DNA of 62,693 nucleotides, counting the filler, from Catajapyx aquilonaris (lineage: Eukaryota): NCBI GenBank assembly GCA_000934665.2. It is 3 parts of 3 records of this genome, joined end to end, with 100 filler letters (N's around TTAATTAATTAA, not from the genome) between each part and the next. Parts side by side here need not be neighbours in the genome. Positions count along the whole stretch, not along the records: positions 20,952 to 41,765 come from JYFJ02006184.1; 2 more parts are not named here. The stretch is one strand, 5' to 3'. The notes below the pieces were generated by a model that saw only the letters and a list, made by a program, of their open reading frames with translations, did no database searches and was not told the DNA's origin. This document shows positions 24,101 to 37,097 of this stretch, piece by piece. A program made the translations under genes and the position numbers. Numbering within the stretch: position 1 is the stretch's first letter; every line of letters starts with the position of its first letter.

Positions 24101-27100
24101 GAGGATAAATTCTGAATTTGTAGCCTCATCATCTCTGGCCACTAAGACGATGGGGAGCAGATGGGGAGGGAGAAGCACTTGGCTACTTCTGACGATTGGC
24201 CTATACTACCCAATCCTGACTTGTATGCAACCGCACCCTTGTATCACGGATAGTATAACTTGCAGGCGCTAACAGTGTATCCTTTGGTTGGTCAGTCGAT
24301 GAGCAACTCGACCGATTGATATTGCAAACCCACTGATTCAGAGTGGCATTAATTACATTTGGCTATCGAGTTAAGGAATTCCGGATGTTACCGTATCGGA
24401 TCCGCTTTCAAGCCCTGTAGGTGGCAATCAAAAGCATCAGAATACTACAATCTTGAACAAACCGTGTCGTGCCCAATCATTGGAGAGATAAATGCGGACC
24501 CGTGTTGGTTCTATCTCCTACACCCGATTTAGCAATCAGTCTGCAGGAACGTCACAGCCCACGTCACGCAGACGTCAACCCGGAGTTTGTACTGTTAACA
24601 GAGCATGTTCGTGATTACCAAAAGTTACACCAACATGCTCTCAAACTCAGAAAAAGTTCTCTCATACATAGACCGCAGCCTGGAGGCCGAAGCACTAGCT
24701 ATAAAATTTCTCCGCGAATTTAACATGGTGGAAGAATTAAAACAAATGGCAAGAGCCTGCCTCTTTTACGGCCTTCCTGACGCGGAAGGTTGGATACGGT
24801 GGTGAATCAGCCATTAAAGCCCCCCCGTGTTCGCCCTCGGTCAAGGTCACAATTGTCAGCATCGACATCAACAAGTAAACGTACTGGGGGCAGATTGATA
24901 GTTTTGACCGCAACCACCGCTGCGACAGCCCATCTGTTTAATGCTAACGCCTGTGTGCACCGACTCATCAATCCTCTCCTGGGGCTTGGAATATAACTGC
25001 TGATGCCCTGTACCATACACTCACTGTACCAGACATCCGGATTTTTGATGCATCCTGAATCCGCAGTTGTAATCCTCTGCGGAGACAGGTTCCGGAACCG
25101 CTTCATACATCAACCCACTTTAACGAGCTATCTAACCTGTGGGTATGACATGGATTCATGCGTTTAGCGATTCGGCTTTCACGCCTGTCTTTTCTGAGTA
25201 AAATACGATGCTGCAAGTTTACATCACTCGTGCTGGAATTTTTTTGGGGCCTGTGGGTAATGTACAGGTCATAATTCATTACATCCCAATCAATCTGTCA
25301 TAATTATAACCCTTAACAATAAGCAAACAAATAAATTTTGTTTGTGACCCTCTCCTATTTCGCAAACCCACAAATCCTTCGTCTTCGCGATGCTGACATT
25401 TAGAAATAATACAGTAGCAGAACAGTGTACAGCTTCGTTAATAATTCCAAGGAATCGGTGGGATTCCGAAAATAACAAGGGTCGCCGGTGCGTATGGCAT
25501 TCTGGACCTATAGCAGGGGGCATGATTATTAGATGCTGCCTTGACAGTGATTCATTTACTCGATGGGACGCTGACGGCTATATTACTCAGAATGCGCAAC
25601 ATTTTGCATATTTCTGCACACTTAATAAAGACGGAAACTGACAAGTTATTTCATTACATGTGATTTCTGCCTACACAACAGCTGCACAGCCGGCATGTGC
25701 AATCAGCTTGAGCAATTCAAAGTGACTTACAATTATTACAGGGTGAGGCTCAGAGACACATATAATTATGTACTGTACGCCTACATACCAACTCCTTCTA
25801 TACCCACACCAGACCCATAATGCCTTTCAGTCGAGCCAGTCCATTCTGCGCTATACGTTCATTAGTTCGGAAACTGCCACATGTAAAAGCAGATGAGCGT
25901 GGGTATATGTGAAGGGCACAAGTTCAAATGTAACCTTAGCAATATAGGGCTACAGTATAAAATCTACAGTAATATCATGAGCGACTCATACAGTAAGTGG
26001 CTATGAAACAGGCGCGCCAAGAAACAGTACGTGCCCTGTCAGTTCTTAATTTGACGAGTGAAAGTATAGCAATTTGGTTAATATCGGAATAAGACTACAC
26101 TAAGCTGGCCAGTAAGAAATCAAGTTTCCGATTGTACGCTTCTGCCTTTAGAGATAGTGGACAACAAAGCATCTTTTCTCACCCAAACGAAGTCATTGAA
26201 TTCAAGCTCTTCTATAGAGCCCTGTAAGAGCTATTGTATGAAGGATGCGATAGTAATCTACAAACGACAAACCCATTAGCGGGCCATAGGGTTATTTCCA
26301 ATCCATTCAAACTAGCTTTGGACTCAAATTGCTTGTTACAAACGTATCTTCCGCATTCTTATTGGTATATGGTCATACCATGTAGCACTTCAAATGGTAA
26401 AACCATCCTTGGACATAATACCACCTTTAAAAAAACCAAATTCTTCCCCTCTCCCATCAAAATCTCTGCCAATTGTTCTGAAACCTCTCCCAAAAGGCAA
26501 CCTGTTCCTCCTCCACATCCCCGAGGCCATATATCACCCCAGCAAGCACAGGTCACAAAGTCCCCTATAAAGAGCCCTTCCTGGTACAATACGCCCGCAT
26601 TTTAGTATACTACCGGGTTTGTGTCCATGGCCTGAGAATGTAGCAGGATGCGGCGGCAGCAGCGGCCGAAAAAGAGAGCAATTCCCATCCCTAAAGTGGG
26701 TTAGTCGGCAAGGTTGGTCTGGGTGGATCCTGCCGTCATCGATCCCATACACCCCCCCCCCCCNCCCCCCCCCCCAACACTCTCTCTCTAGTCTATGGGG
26801 GCCTCATCCACACGCGACCCTCAAGATTCTCTCGGCACTGCGGCTGCTGTTGCTGCGGTCCAGTTAGCCAAATGCAAAATAAGCAAGATATGGTACAACA
26901 TATAGTATGCCCACGCTGAAACACCCACCCAAAGTACGTCAAACGAATGTTAATTCAGCCTCACCATGCTCCCAGCATGAGATGGTTCTCATCATCTCTA
27001 GTCTATTTCTGTCCCAGACGCCCACAGTGGGTTGAACGGATCGGTTTCTAAAGCTGGGCTGATGACATGAGACCAGCCTATACCCAAGATGAGGTGGTCA

Positions 27101-28795
27101 TTACACTGGGGTCAAGGAGCGAATATGCGGAGAAATGGGCTTTATATGCATGCAAACTACAGGCTGCCTCGGGATTCCTCTTCCATTATTCCTGGAGAAG
27201 GAAGCTGGATCCAGAAATTTAAAAAAAGTGGATATCATCATATAGTCTGGCAATGTAGCCGCAGTAACAAGAACAGCAGCAAAATGGAAATCGATCACAA
27301 GTGTTACCGTTCACACACGTTCATATAATCTTCTGTATACACAGAATCAGAGCACTATTTCCCACAGCCATTTGCAAATTCAGTATATGTCATTTATCTG
27401 CTTGTGTTTCTAAAATCAGCATAATGATATTATTGTATTAAATATACAGAACAAGTAGGGTTCATATATAGCTTGAGTGACCTGTTTACAGCCAGAGCAG
27501 AGTGTTCGCCTGACACAAGTTATTTATAACATGTGAATGTTTCATTCAATAGGTGTCTCGAGTGCTCCGCCGTAGTCGGGGAAACAGTTTCTACCGAAGA
27601 GATAACTCTTGTAAAACCCCGCACTCCAAATGGATCGATCATATTATCGGCATGCCCCGCAAATGTAGCTTAAGCTAAATCGTTTTGTCTGGGGGGGTCA
27701 AACCGCACCGGACACAAAAGGTCGAGGACAAATTAGAGCAGATGATGAACGATCGAAGTTTTGATTTTGTCACAATCGCAATCAGGTTCCCCTCAAAGCG
27801 GATGTAAGACAGTTAGGACCTACTCATATCGAGGTATTAATAGCCATTGCATAACCGCCTATTCATAAAGAGCGGCTTTTGGACGGATCGTTAACTTTCC
27901 GCCAGCAGCGACGTGCGAATTGAAGATGTACTACAGCGGCCCCCCCCCCCAAAAAAGGTACGGACTGATGCAAATCGCGCATATGCCATACTCGCAACAG
28001 TCGATTTTAAAGTTGCGCTATATCGACAAGCAATACCCCTTCTGACAAAGGTGCGGCATAAAACAGAAAAGGTTCGAAAGACAGAAAAATTGGCAAAAAA
28101 AGTGTTACCAGTCCACTAGCTCTTATCGTAGTTTTTCGATAAGGGGCACCAAACGGGCGTCGTTACCAGAATCACATACAACGCGAAAGGGATTATCACA
28201 AACGCGACGCGACAATCCATCACGGTTTTCCTCAAGGGGACCGTCGAAGTAAAGAGTTACGTGCTCTGCATGCTCCTTGCATATTATCAATGTTTGCTCT
28301 CCCATTGGTAGACGCATTTTTCTGGGAAGAACTATGGCGCGTGTACCCCCTGCTGTTGATTTTTTTTTGGGGGGGGGAGGGGAGGTTCAGAAGGGGGCTT
28401 CACTTCCGGGTAATAGAGGGGGCAAAACAGGGGTTTTAGGATAGCCCCCTCTTCCGTCCCATACCACTAATTAGTTCTCATAGTAAGACATGCAGAGGGT
28501 ACGTGCACTCCGAGAAAATTGTGCACATTAACTGCTATTTACAAGAATTTCGATGCACGTCATGATATGTAGAAATCTATCCTACAAACAGCTGTAGAGT
28601 CCAAGAATCCGTCAACTCCATATTTATAATTATGGACTAAACATTTTTAAAAACGCAAACTGGATTATGCAATTAAGCCATCTAATACTGTAAAATGCAA
28701 TCAGCACGCGAAATCTGGCATCAAAACAAGGTGGGTTGGAATCAATTCATAAACGCATGATCGCACAAGCTTGAATAATGAAAATATGAACTGAC

Positions 28796-28963
28796 CTGGA
28801 AACGTCCCTGGATAGTCTCCAATTGTTGCTTGGTGATTTTGGTTTGCCGACGGGTCATGTCGGTGGGCTGCTTGGCGTTGAAAGGGTAGGCCACACATCT
28901 CGACACGAACACGTACAGCTGCAATCGACGCTTCCTTTCTTCCTCTTCGCGCTCTTGCTTGTC
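28796..28963 (-). CDS. CADPS: Calcium-dependent secretion activator (CAPS/UNC-31), coding exon 3
   Basis: [56 protein letters not shown] is the conserved CAPS N-terminal block. AG acceptor and GTCAGT donor, phase 0/0. Confidence 0.96.
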
Positions 28964-31900
28964 CTTCAGACACAAGTGGAGAAAATGGAAGAATCGATTT
29001 TAGTACCCACAATAAAGGGAAAGAATCAGGTCCCATCACCTGCACTAACTCTACCTGAAATCAAGACCATCAATGAGCGCAATGAGCCGTACTCAAACTG
29101 CGATTTTGCCATTTCGGGCCAAGATGGCCGTATACATGACGCAGGGCATTCTGGTGTGAACCAGAATGCCCTGCATAATCTCTAAGCGTGGTAACATCAC
29201 TGCAGAAGTGTAGAGCAGAATCGATATTCAGGCTTGAACTTTGTTGACAAAATATGCCAACGCAATTAACAATTAGGACAGGTGTAAACTAGTGTCCACT
29301 TACGGCACTTGGGAGGCGAAAAGTACAATATACAGTAATGATGGAAGTCAACTCATTGTCAGTGGAATTGCTCCTTCGCAGAGCTACAAAGTTCAGAGAA
29401 TGTTCTGAGACTCAAAACATAATTTCTCTGGGGAGGCACTGCAACCAACTCAATGGCAGAGCTGTGTGCTTGGGCATAAAAAGAAGCTCCAAGGTTTTTA
29501 TACTTGGCCTTATAGCGATGAACGGAGCTGCACTTTTCAGATTTTTACACTGGGAAATATTATTTTTGCAACGACACTTCGAACTAGAAATTCAAATGCG
29601 CTAAAAATATTACCAGTTACAAAACATATTAAAACAGCAGCTGATGACATTTTTGCCAAACTTTTAAAGTACGAAGTTATGTTTCTATGGCTATAGTCTG
29701 GTACTAGTCGATCTCTTCAAACTTTTCAATCATCCTGTCCTTATATTGCAAAAAAGGAAAACTGTACTTAATGAACTGGGAAATTCAGTATCAGCTTGGG
29801 ACCATCGGAAAGAGCCGCGAAATTGCCCCTGGCAGTCACAGCCAGCAATATCATCAAATCTGTTTTTGTACGCTTCGTGGGTTATAAAGCATTTCACAAA
29901 CGCAAGTTCATATATTTTATTGTGATTTTTCCTAACAATAATAAATTTTCATCCTGCACCTGGGGACCCAGAATCCGCATGGTAAATCTTCGTCTCACGG
30001 ACTGTTAAATTAATGCAAGTTTTCCATTATAGCCGCTCATGTGCTCCGCACTATTTGCAATGTAGGCTATACTGTAGCCTACTGTAGTACCGATGAATTA
30101 TCCTCAAGGTCTCGAGGGGGAGAGACGCGGATTGTAATCCTTTCCCCTCGCGGATGTTTCCCGCGGGTTTTCTAATGTAACCCACACTTTCGGATTACTC
30201 TAAAGAGTCTTTATTGCTGAATGTATTATTTCTGTGCACATACTACTCTACCGTTTACCTCCTGCTTTAGCATGAAATAATTCGACAAATGCACATACAT
30301 CTCAGAGAATCATTCAATATGTATTTTTACTATATTTATGACTATACACTATATTAGATTTCTCAATTCTGAAAAGAGCGCTAATATAGAGCCAGATATG
30401 ACGCAGCACACACAGAACGCTCGAGTCAACAACACTGATATTAATCTAGTTCAAATAAAATGTGTAGGACTATGCCCTACTACACCTAATACATCACAAC
30501 TGACAGTACATCTGGTAAAAACAACAACAGGAACCACCCTAGGAGGATTCTGACATGAGGCAATGTGTCCAAAACGGTCTCCGTTGTGCGAGGTCAACAT
30601 AAAATATTTAATGTTTCGTGCCTACCGACCTGACAGAAAACTAAAATAAGATCGTCGTTCCTGAAGGTTACACGCAATAGTCATAAAATCCACGCCAAAT
30701 TGAGTGGAGGTCCTTGTTACCGCCTCACAATCGCCTGAAAAAGTATGCCTTTGCACAGGCGTATAATATACGTGTTGTCAGCCGTAATTCTGTCGACCTC
30801 TGGCATGGACAAGTAATTGCGTCATCAAGCTAATGAGCACGTTCGAAATCATTACCATCTCATATCACTCTTAATATTGCATGACGTACTGGTGGCATAA
30901 CATTGTTATTTTATTCGATTTACCCCATGTTTGTGACAATACGTATTCCTTCAATTGTTATCTATGCATTTATATTTACCTGTCGGTTTTTTGCAGAATG
31001 GCAGCTCCGGTCGATTATTATGTTAATGTCATGGGTGGTTGTTATTCACAGTATTACTAAATGATGGTTGGTCTCATAATATTATGTGATAGGGTCTGAT
31101 ATTCCCTAAACCTACCATTAACCAGACATCTGGCCTAACTGTAGAACAACATTTTGTTTACACAATTAGCTCAAGCTAAATGTGAATATCAGGATATCCT
31201 CCATGTAACCGGAGCTCGCGCACTACGCATAATCCCCACGTACATATATCATCTGGAACAAAAAAACACGCTGCACAGGTGACCCAATTCTCAAGCAAAA
31301 ACCGCATTAGTCCTGCGCCAAAAGTGCATCTTCAGTTACCTACACGAAACCAGAGCCCTGAACACGAAGCTCTCTACATCATATAACCGACCACGGTCTG
31401 AAAATTCCCTCCAGACAAATGGCAGTCTAGAAAACTGCTTCATTCTCCTAGAGTCGCCCCAGCTACAGAGTTATGAAGGGAGAGAAAAAAAATTCCCTGC
31501 CCCGCGATTCCATATCTATATTCATATCATATTCTGCCAGCTCTGCTGAAACAGTGGAAATCATGCCTGGGGCCAGGGTATTTCCGCTGACGACGTTGGA
31601 ATTGAGTAGACTTGTGGCACGTGGCGACAGTTACGCTAGGTTCGCACACGTGCTGGATCCCATTGGCTGCAGCCCACCTCAGACAGCGAATGGCAGAACT
31701 GAAACGCACGTGGTTGGACGCACGGCTGCTATTGGTTGCCCAACAATCTGGCAACACTATCCAACCTAATTGCATGCATAAGCAGAGGATCAATCAACTT
31801 CGGCCACGTAAGTAGGTCTCAGCCACTGGCAGCGTTTGGAGTCAAAACAAGAAACGGAGGCTTACGCAAGTGAGAGTGATCCAGCTCAACCCTCTAACTC

Positions 31901-32280
31901 TGAAAGTAGGCTTACTTCCTTTGAGCTCCTGCTGCCCTTTAGAGTGCCGTTTGCCATTGTTTTAATGCCGCAGTGTTTCGTTACATGTACGCGAATGGTC
32001 ATTGTTTTCCGCATTGCCGCTCATCCCCCGCCAGTGGCCGCAACTTATGGGGAGTGCACCGCAGATTTCACAGCCAATATCAAAAAAGCGCATTGCTACA
32101 AATCTGCTCTCAACCATCCCAAAACAGGATTTAAAATTTTTTTTCAAGGGGATATCGTTTTTCGGCCCGATATATGGATTATTTTTATTACGCAACGAAG
32201 AGTTCGTGCGTAGTGGATACAGACGTAAGCATTACATGGGGATGTAGCCTGCAGCCAATAATTGCAGTAAGGTTAAAGCT

Positions 32281-32385
32281 CTTCTTGTTGGTTTAAAAAA
32301 TCATTCGAAAATAATAGTTACTCATGATAATAATTATCATGAGTAACTATTATTTTCAAATGATTTTTTAAACCAAAAAAGAAGA
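32281..32385. repeat. AT-rich near-perfect palindrome
   Basis: Arms ...AAAATAATAGTTACTCATGATAAT / ATTATCATGAGTAACTATTATTTT... centred near 32332. Confidence 0.8.
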
Positions 32386-32476
32386 ATTATTCTCCATAAT
32401 AAAACAGATAAAATTAATATCCAAACTAAAGCTGTGAATGAAACTTAACGTTAGAGTAAATGGCAGTTCCCATTAC

Positions 32477-32615
32477 CTGTATTTCAGCCTCTGTCTTCTC
32501 GCTGACCACAGAAGGACTGGGACTAGTTGGCCGAGGAAGATTGGAATTTGCACGAGAGCCACTTCCACCTAAACTCAGAGTCTCAGTCGAGACTTGACTG
32601 GCAGGCGAGATGGAC
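32477..32615 (-). CDS. CADPS: CAPS coding exon 2
   Basis: Acceptor cttcttcctag and donor GTAATG, phase 2/0. Encodes ...RPTSPSPSVVSEKTEAEIQ, matching the CAPS motif RPSSPSPSVVSEK. Confidence 0.92.
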
Positions 32616-33800
32616 CTAGGAAGAAGGAGTCGAATTTCAAAGACATGAACATACATTGTTTCGACCTCTGGCAATGGCATTTGCCCCCACAAAAAAAGGT
32701 CGTCGTATTTTTAGAGGAAAATGTCATCGAAAGTTTTCAGCCTTGAATATCAATGTCAATTTTGGGCGGACGTTTATGTGTGGCAAGACCCAGAACTAGG
32801 GGCAATATTAACACTATTTCACTCGAAAATTCACGACCTCTGCTGGTTTCAACACCTGTCGCCAAACTTACCCATAAAAAGTTCAAGGCATTTTCATCTA
32901 ATTTCCATAATGTCACCCCCTGCCACACTTCCATACCCTTTTCCTACATTTCTCTGAAAATTTGGAAGGGGCGGGGTCTGGAACGTGTGTGCTGAAACTC
33001 CTCCAAACTCTCTGACATCTCTTCACAGACCTCAATTAGATTCCAGTCTCGACCTGATCAAATGCGTTTTTTTGGGGTGGTAAAGGGTGGGGTACTTCAT
33101 TAGAACCTCGCGGGGTTTCAGGAGAAAGAAGTCCTACGGCTTCCTTACGGTAGATTACCAAGGGACACCTCGCTTCCTTGCATACAGTGCATTTGCATGA
33201 TCAAAGTCACCTATTGGGGGCACAAATAACTGGAGGTTGCGCTTTATGGGAGTGTCTACAGCAATAAGTTTCACAATTGTTCCCACTTTTTGCATCTTCA
33301 TTATAGAGAGTTAGAGACCTCCATGATCATATTCCCAACTGCAGAATAATCCAGCCAAAAGTTGTATGGCGTCACTATACTGCACGGACGTACAGTATAT
33401 ACGCGAACTACGCTAAATGCGCTGTTGAAAATATGAGTACAGGCACTCTTTCATCAAGTGCGAACTAACACTTTTACAAATATATAATATGCGATTTTGT
33501 TCGCATTAGTCACGTATTAGCCTTTTTATACCTTGGTAATGGTATAGCACAAACGCAAAAAAATGCTATTGAAAATTTTATAGCGTCCATAAAATATGAA
33601 AAATCTACTCTCATTATGCAAACAAAGTTGTGAAAGTTACCAACAGTATTTACCCAATATTATGCATGTTAAGTTAATGACTGTAAGGTACACAATTGTA
33701 TATGTGGGCAATTGTGATTAAACTCACTGAGTGGATATCAATGGAACAATACAAACACACGCTTAAACAATTTCAGGGTCCATTTCCTCCTGTGTATGTA

Positions 33801-33982
33801 CTCTCTAAAAAATTCGAGTTAAAAAACTCAAGTTGGGTTCTTTTTAACTCTTTTAACCTTGAAAGTGGTCAATACCAAAAATGAGTTATAATAACTCTTT
33901 CGCTGGAGTTATTATAACTCATTTTTGGTATTGACCACTTTCAAGGTTTAAAAAAGTTAATTTAACTCCATTTTTTAGAGAG
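33801..33982. mobile_element. Palindromic MITE
   Basis: TA|CTCTCTAAAAAA...TTTTTTAGAGAG|TA with a long perfect internal stem (AACCTTGAAAGTGGTCAATACCAAAAATGAGTTATAATAACTC). Confidence 0.8.
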
Positions 33983-35054
33983 TACAGTTTGCAGAATGAA
34001 CGTAACAAAGACTTGCATATCGCGTTAATTTTCTTCCCAAAACAATCTGAATAATCTCTCGACATGTTTTCAATTTGCTTCTTTTTTTCTGTTACAAGGT
34101 GTAAAATTTGTTCTGTAATAGTTTGTCACATGATCATAACCGGGCAAGTTTCCAGCAAATATGGCGACATTACATCACTGCCTCAATAACATCCAGCCCT
34201 ATAAACCCATCGTGCCGTGCTGGCCTCTGTCGCTCACCCTATGTCTGCAGTGCCTGTTTCCAAAACCAGAGTTTGAAAACTATCGGAATCTAGTCTTGTG
34301 ACGGCCTTCACCTCCCCGCTTAGCAATGGAAATGGACAATTTCTCTACACCCATCAATTTCCTCCAAAAATCGCATTCTTGAGAAGCCTGTTATCAGGCC
34401 TGAAATAGGCACCATCTAATATGATTCCCAAATGTCTCTCAATCATAACCTTATCAGCTAGCGTGAGAAATAGCCCTAAAAGGCGCAAAAGCCGACCATT
34501 TTTCACGTCTCACACACCCTGTATACGACATAACCTTACGGAAATGTCGCTCAGTCAGATCCGTCAATAAAAACAGCACTTGTGAAACTGTGATTAAAAT
34601 TCGTTCGGACGGTAAGTTCGCTTTCACTTATTGATTTCTTTGCGAACACGAGGAGGCACGTGCAGCTCAGAACCTGAGAAAGCTGTCACTTTGAAAGGGC
34701 CTTACATCCGATGGGATTCAATTTGCAGAGGAGAGAAGCAGAGAAATGTTTTTTTTTTTTTCCTCTTGCTTATGGCCTCCGCCTGTGCTCATTGGACTGT
34801 TGCGTAGGTTACCTTGCATCTACATAGGGTACTATGTGGCTCAAATTATTTTGACCACTTTATCCTGGTCTTGAAACAACTGTTTGCTGCTGTTAGCATA
34901 GCAATAGCAATACAATTTATTGATGACCGCAGATGCGGCAATGTGCAAAATTATAATTTTAAATTGAGCCTTTTTCGATATTTCATAACTGGTACATGAA
35001 TATTGCATATTCAATCCTATTTCTGAATTAGTTCATATTCACACCCAGTGTTAA

Positions 35055-35814
35055 AGGAAGGGTTCAGTGATTTTGCATGTTGGGCTTCAAAGATCAAGGT
35101 AGACTCCCTGATTCCAAAAATGTGGTCAGTTTTTAAATATGACGCTGCATAAGCAAATGCTGTTAGGTGAGTCAATCTCCGCTACTGTATTCGATACGAT
35201 AAGAGTACAGCTAGCGCCTCCCGCGGAGATCCCAGTAACATGCCAGGGCCGACGTTGGCTTAGCTGCGAAGTCAATTTTTGAACTAGGAATAAGTGGATG
35301 GATCACTTGGCCCTTCCTTCGACGCCGTCACATGCAGCCAAGATGTGGGCAATGTATTCCTCCTCTCTCTCTCCGGATTATACCTCGCGACACTACCCGC
35401 CTTGGTAAGTCTCGAGCTGATACGGAAGTATCCCGTCGTGGCCATCAGTCCATCACTCTGTGACATGGTCCGACCACTGGCGTCCCTCTCTCCCACTCTG
35501 CCTCCCCTTCTCATCCTCCCCTGCATTCCCATGGCCCTTGGCACCCGGGGCGGGTTCCGCTCGGGTCGAAAACACAAAAACCTGGCTTGCACATGGTTTG
35601 TCGCTATGGGGGCGGACATCTTGGTTGTATGTGGGATCTTCCATCGCTGCCGCTAGAGGGAACCCGTGTTCGGCGCTGATTTTCAAAAAAATCAACTTTG
35701 ACTTGAAATTTTACGCTTGTGGTGCATTTGCCACCAAAACGGACCGGATATTCAGAATCAGAGAGTCCTGCTCGATTTTTGAAGCTCAACATGCAAAATC
35801 ACTGAACCCTTCCT
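35055..35814. mobile_element. Kolobok/T2-like MITE (second TIR family) in a CAPS intron
   Basis: TTAA duplication and TIR AGGAAGGGTTCAGTGATTTTGCATGTTG. Confidence 0.85.
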
Positions 35815-36957
35815 TTAAGGTGATTATAGGGTGCTGTGTTGGATAATGTCTGCAATATGGTCAGGCATTTAATTTTTGCCTGAGTTACATAGTGCAGTAC
35901 GCTGGAGCAGGTGTCTTTGTATACTGGTCATTAATTGCAATTAACTTTGGGATTATTTTATTTCCCTGTAATCATGGTATCCCTTGCCTCCAGTGGCTAA
36001 GTCCTTTGAATAACTGTATCCACATTACATGTGAAATGAATAGGTCTACTCGCTTGTATTTTAGCAATCCTTTCCAACCATTTACTGAAATTATAATGTT
36101 CTCCTACCATGATTATTATAGAGACATTACAGCCTTATTAAGTTCGAGGAACAACGTGGTGCAAAGTTGCCGCAGTTGGCTCATTCCCTAAGTGTCTGGA
36201 CACTGTCTTTGTGAAATATCTTGGTCACTACTACAACATGACGCAATTTAGAAATTGCACAGAAACTTCCCTAAAAATTAAATTACCTGCACGTACGACG
36301 TTATCTAATAATTAAGTAACTCGTGCATAGTGCCATAAAGTTTTCAGATAATTACATAAAAACGGGACTTTAAGAAACCACTCCCGCAGCACTATCCCAT
36401 GGTGACATTCGGTCCACATAATTGACCAGTAAGCCAACAACTGTGTGTACTCTAGCTGAAGCTATGGCACGCAATGTTAGCATGGTTTTCCTGAACTCCT
36501 GACTTCTAGCCTGAAGGTGCTTGGTGCTCTTATTTCAAGGTTAAATTTTCATGGTTTCTTGGAGAAGTAAAGGGTAGCCTCCATTTAGCCTAAAGTTGCT
36601 CCAACTTACAGTATTAAATGAACAAGAGCCTACACTTTCGAAAGGGCCCAATAATTAATTTCACAATTCATATTAACAGTCAGCAATTACAGGAGTACTG
36701 CTGAGAGGTCAATAATAACTTATTCAGTTCTTCAAGCAACCTCCCACAGCCCTCTAAAATACCAAAACGGTCGCCCCACGAAAATAGTGTGCACCGTGGG
36801 CCTTCGTGTATACATATCAAGCGTAGGATCTGACTCGACTACTCACACTTTTAACCCTTAAAATGTAATATACCTGCCCCGAATAGCACTCCATATAACG
36901 ACTCTGGTTGCATGCACTCTGGAGACCCACGTCTTATATGCAAATAGAGCGGCTAAC

Positions 36958-37097
36958 CTGGGTAAACTTCCGCTGCTTCCAGGCACTTCAAGTTCGCTGC
37001 CTCCTCCCCTAGTGGAAGATGGCTCCGAACGAGTTTCCTCCTGGATCTCCTGCTGAGGGTCTTCACCCTCATCCTCCGAAGAACTAGGCTCCAACAT
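36958..37097 (-). CDS. CADPS: CAPS first coding exon (exon starts at acceptor 37155)
   Basis: MLEPSSSEDEGED matches the CAPS start MLDPSSSEEE. There is an in-frame stop upstream of the ATG. Donor GTTAGC, phase 2, joins exon 2 in frame. Confidence 0.92.

Noticed and set aside
23850..25200. Coding-like composition suggesting an endogenous viral element or decayed reverse transcriptase
   Set aside because: Frequent stops and no convincing RdRp, RT or capsid motif by eye. TBLASTX would be needed to claim anything.
26750..26780. Long C/G homopolymers with embedded N (also near 16149, 38796, 45125-45280, 54800)
   Set aside because: Low-quality homopolymer sequence; lengths are unreliable, so no G-quadruplex or other functional claim is made.
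16400..37097. Apparent CAPS-huntingtin fusion gene (CAPS 5' exons upstream of the HTT last exon on the same strand, both junctions phase 0)
   Set aside because: An artificial spacer lies between them and the segments are probably unlinked contigs.
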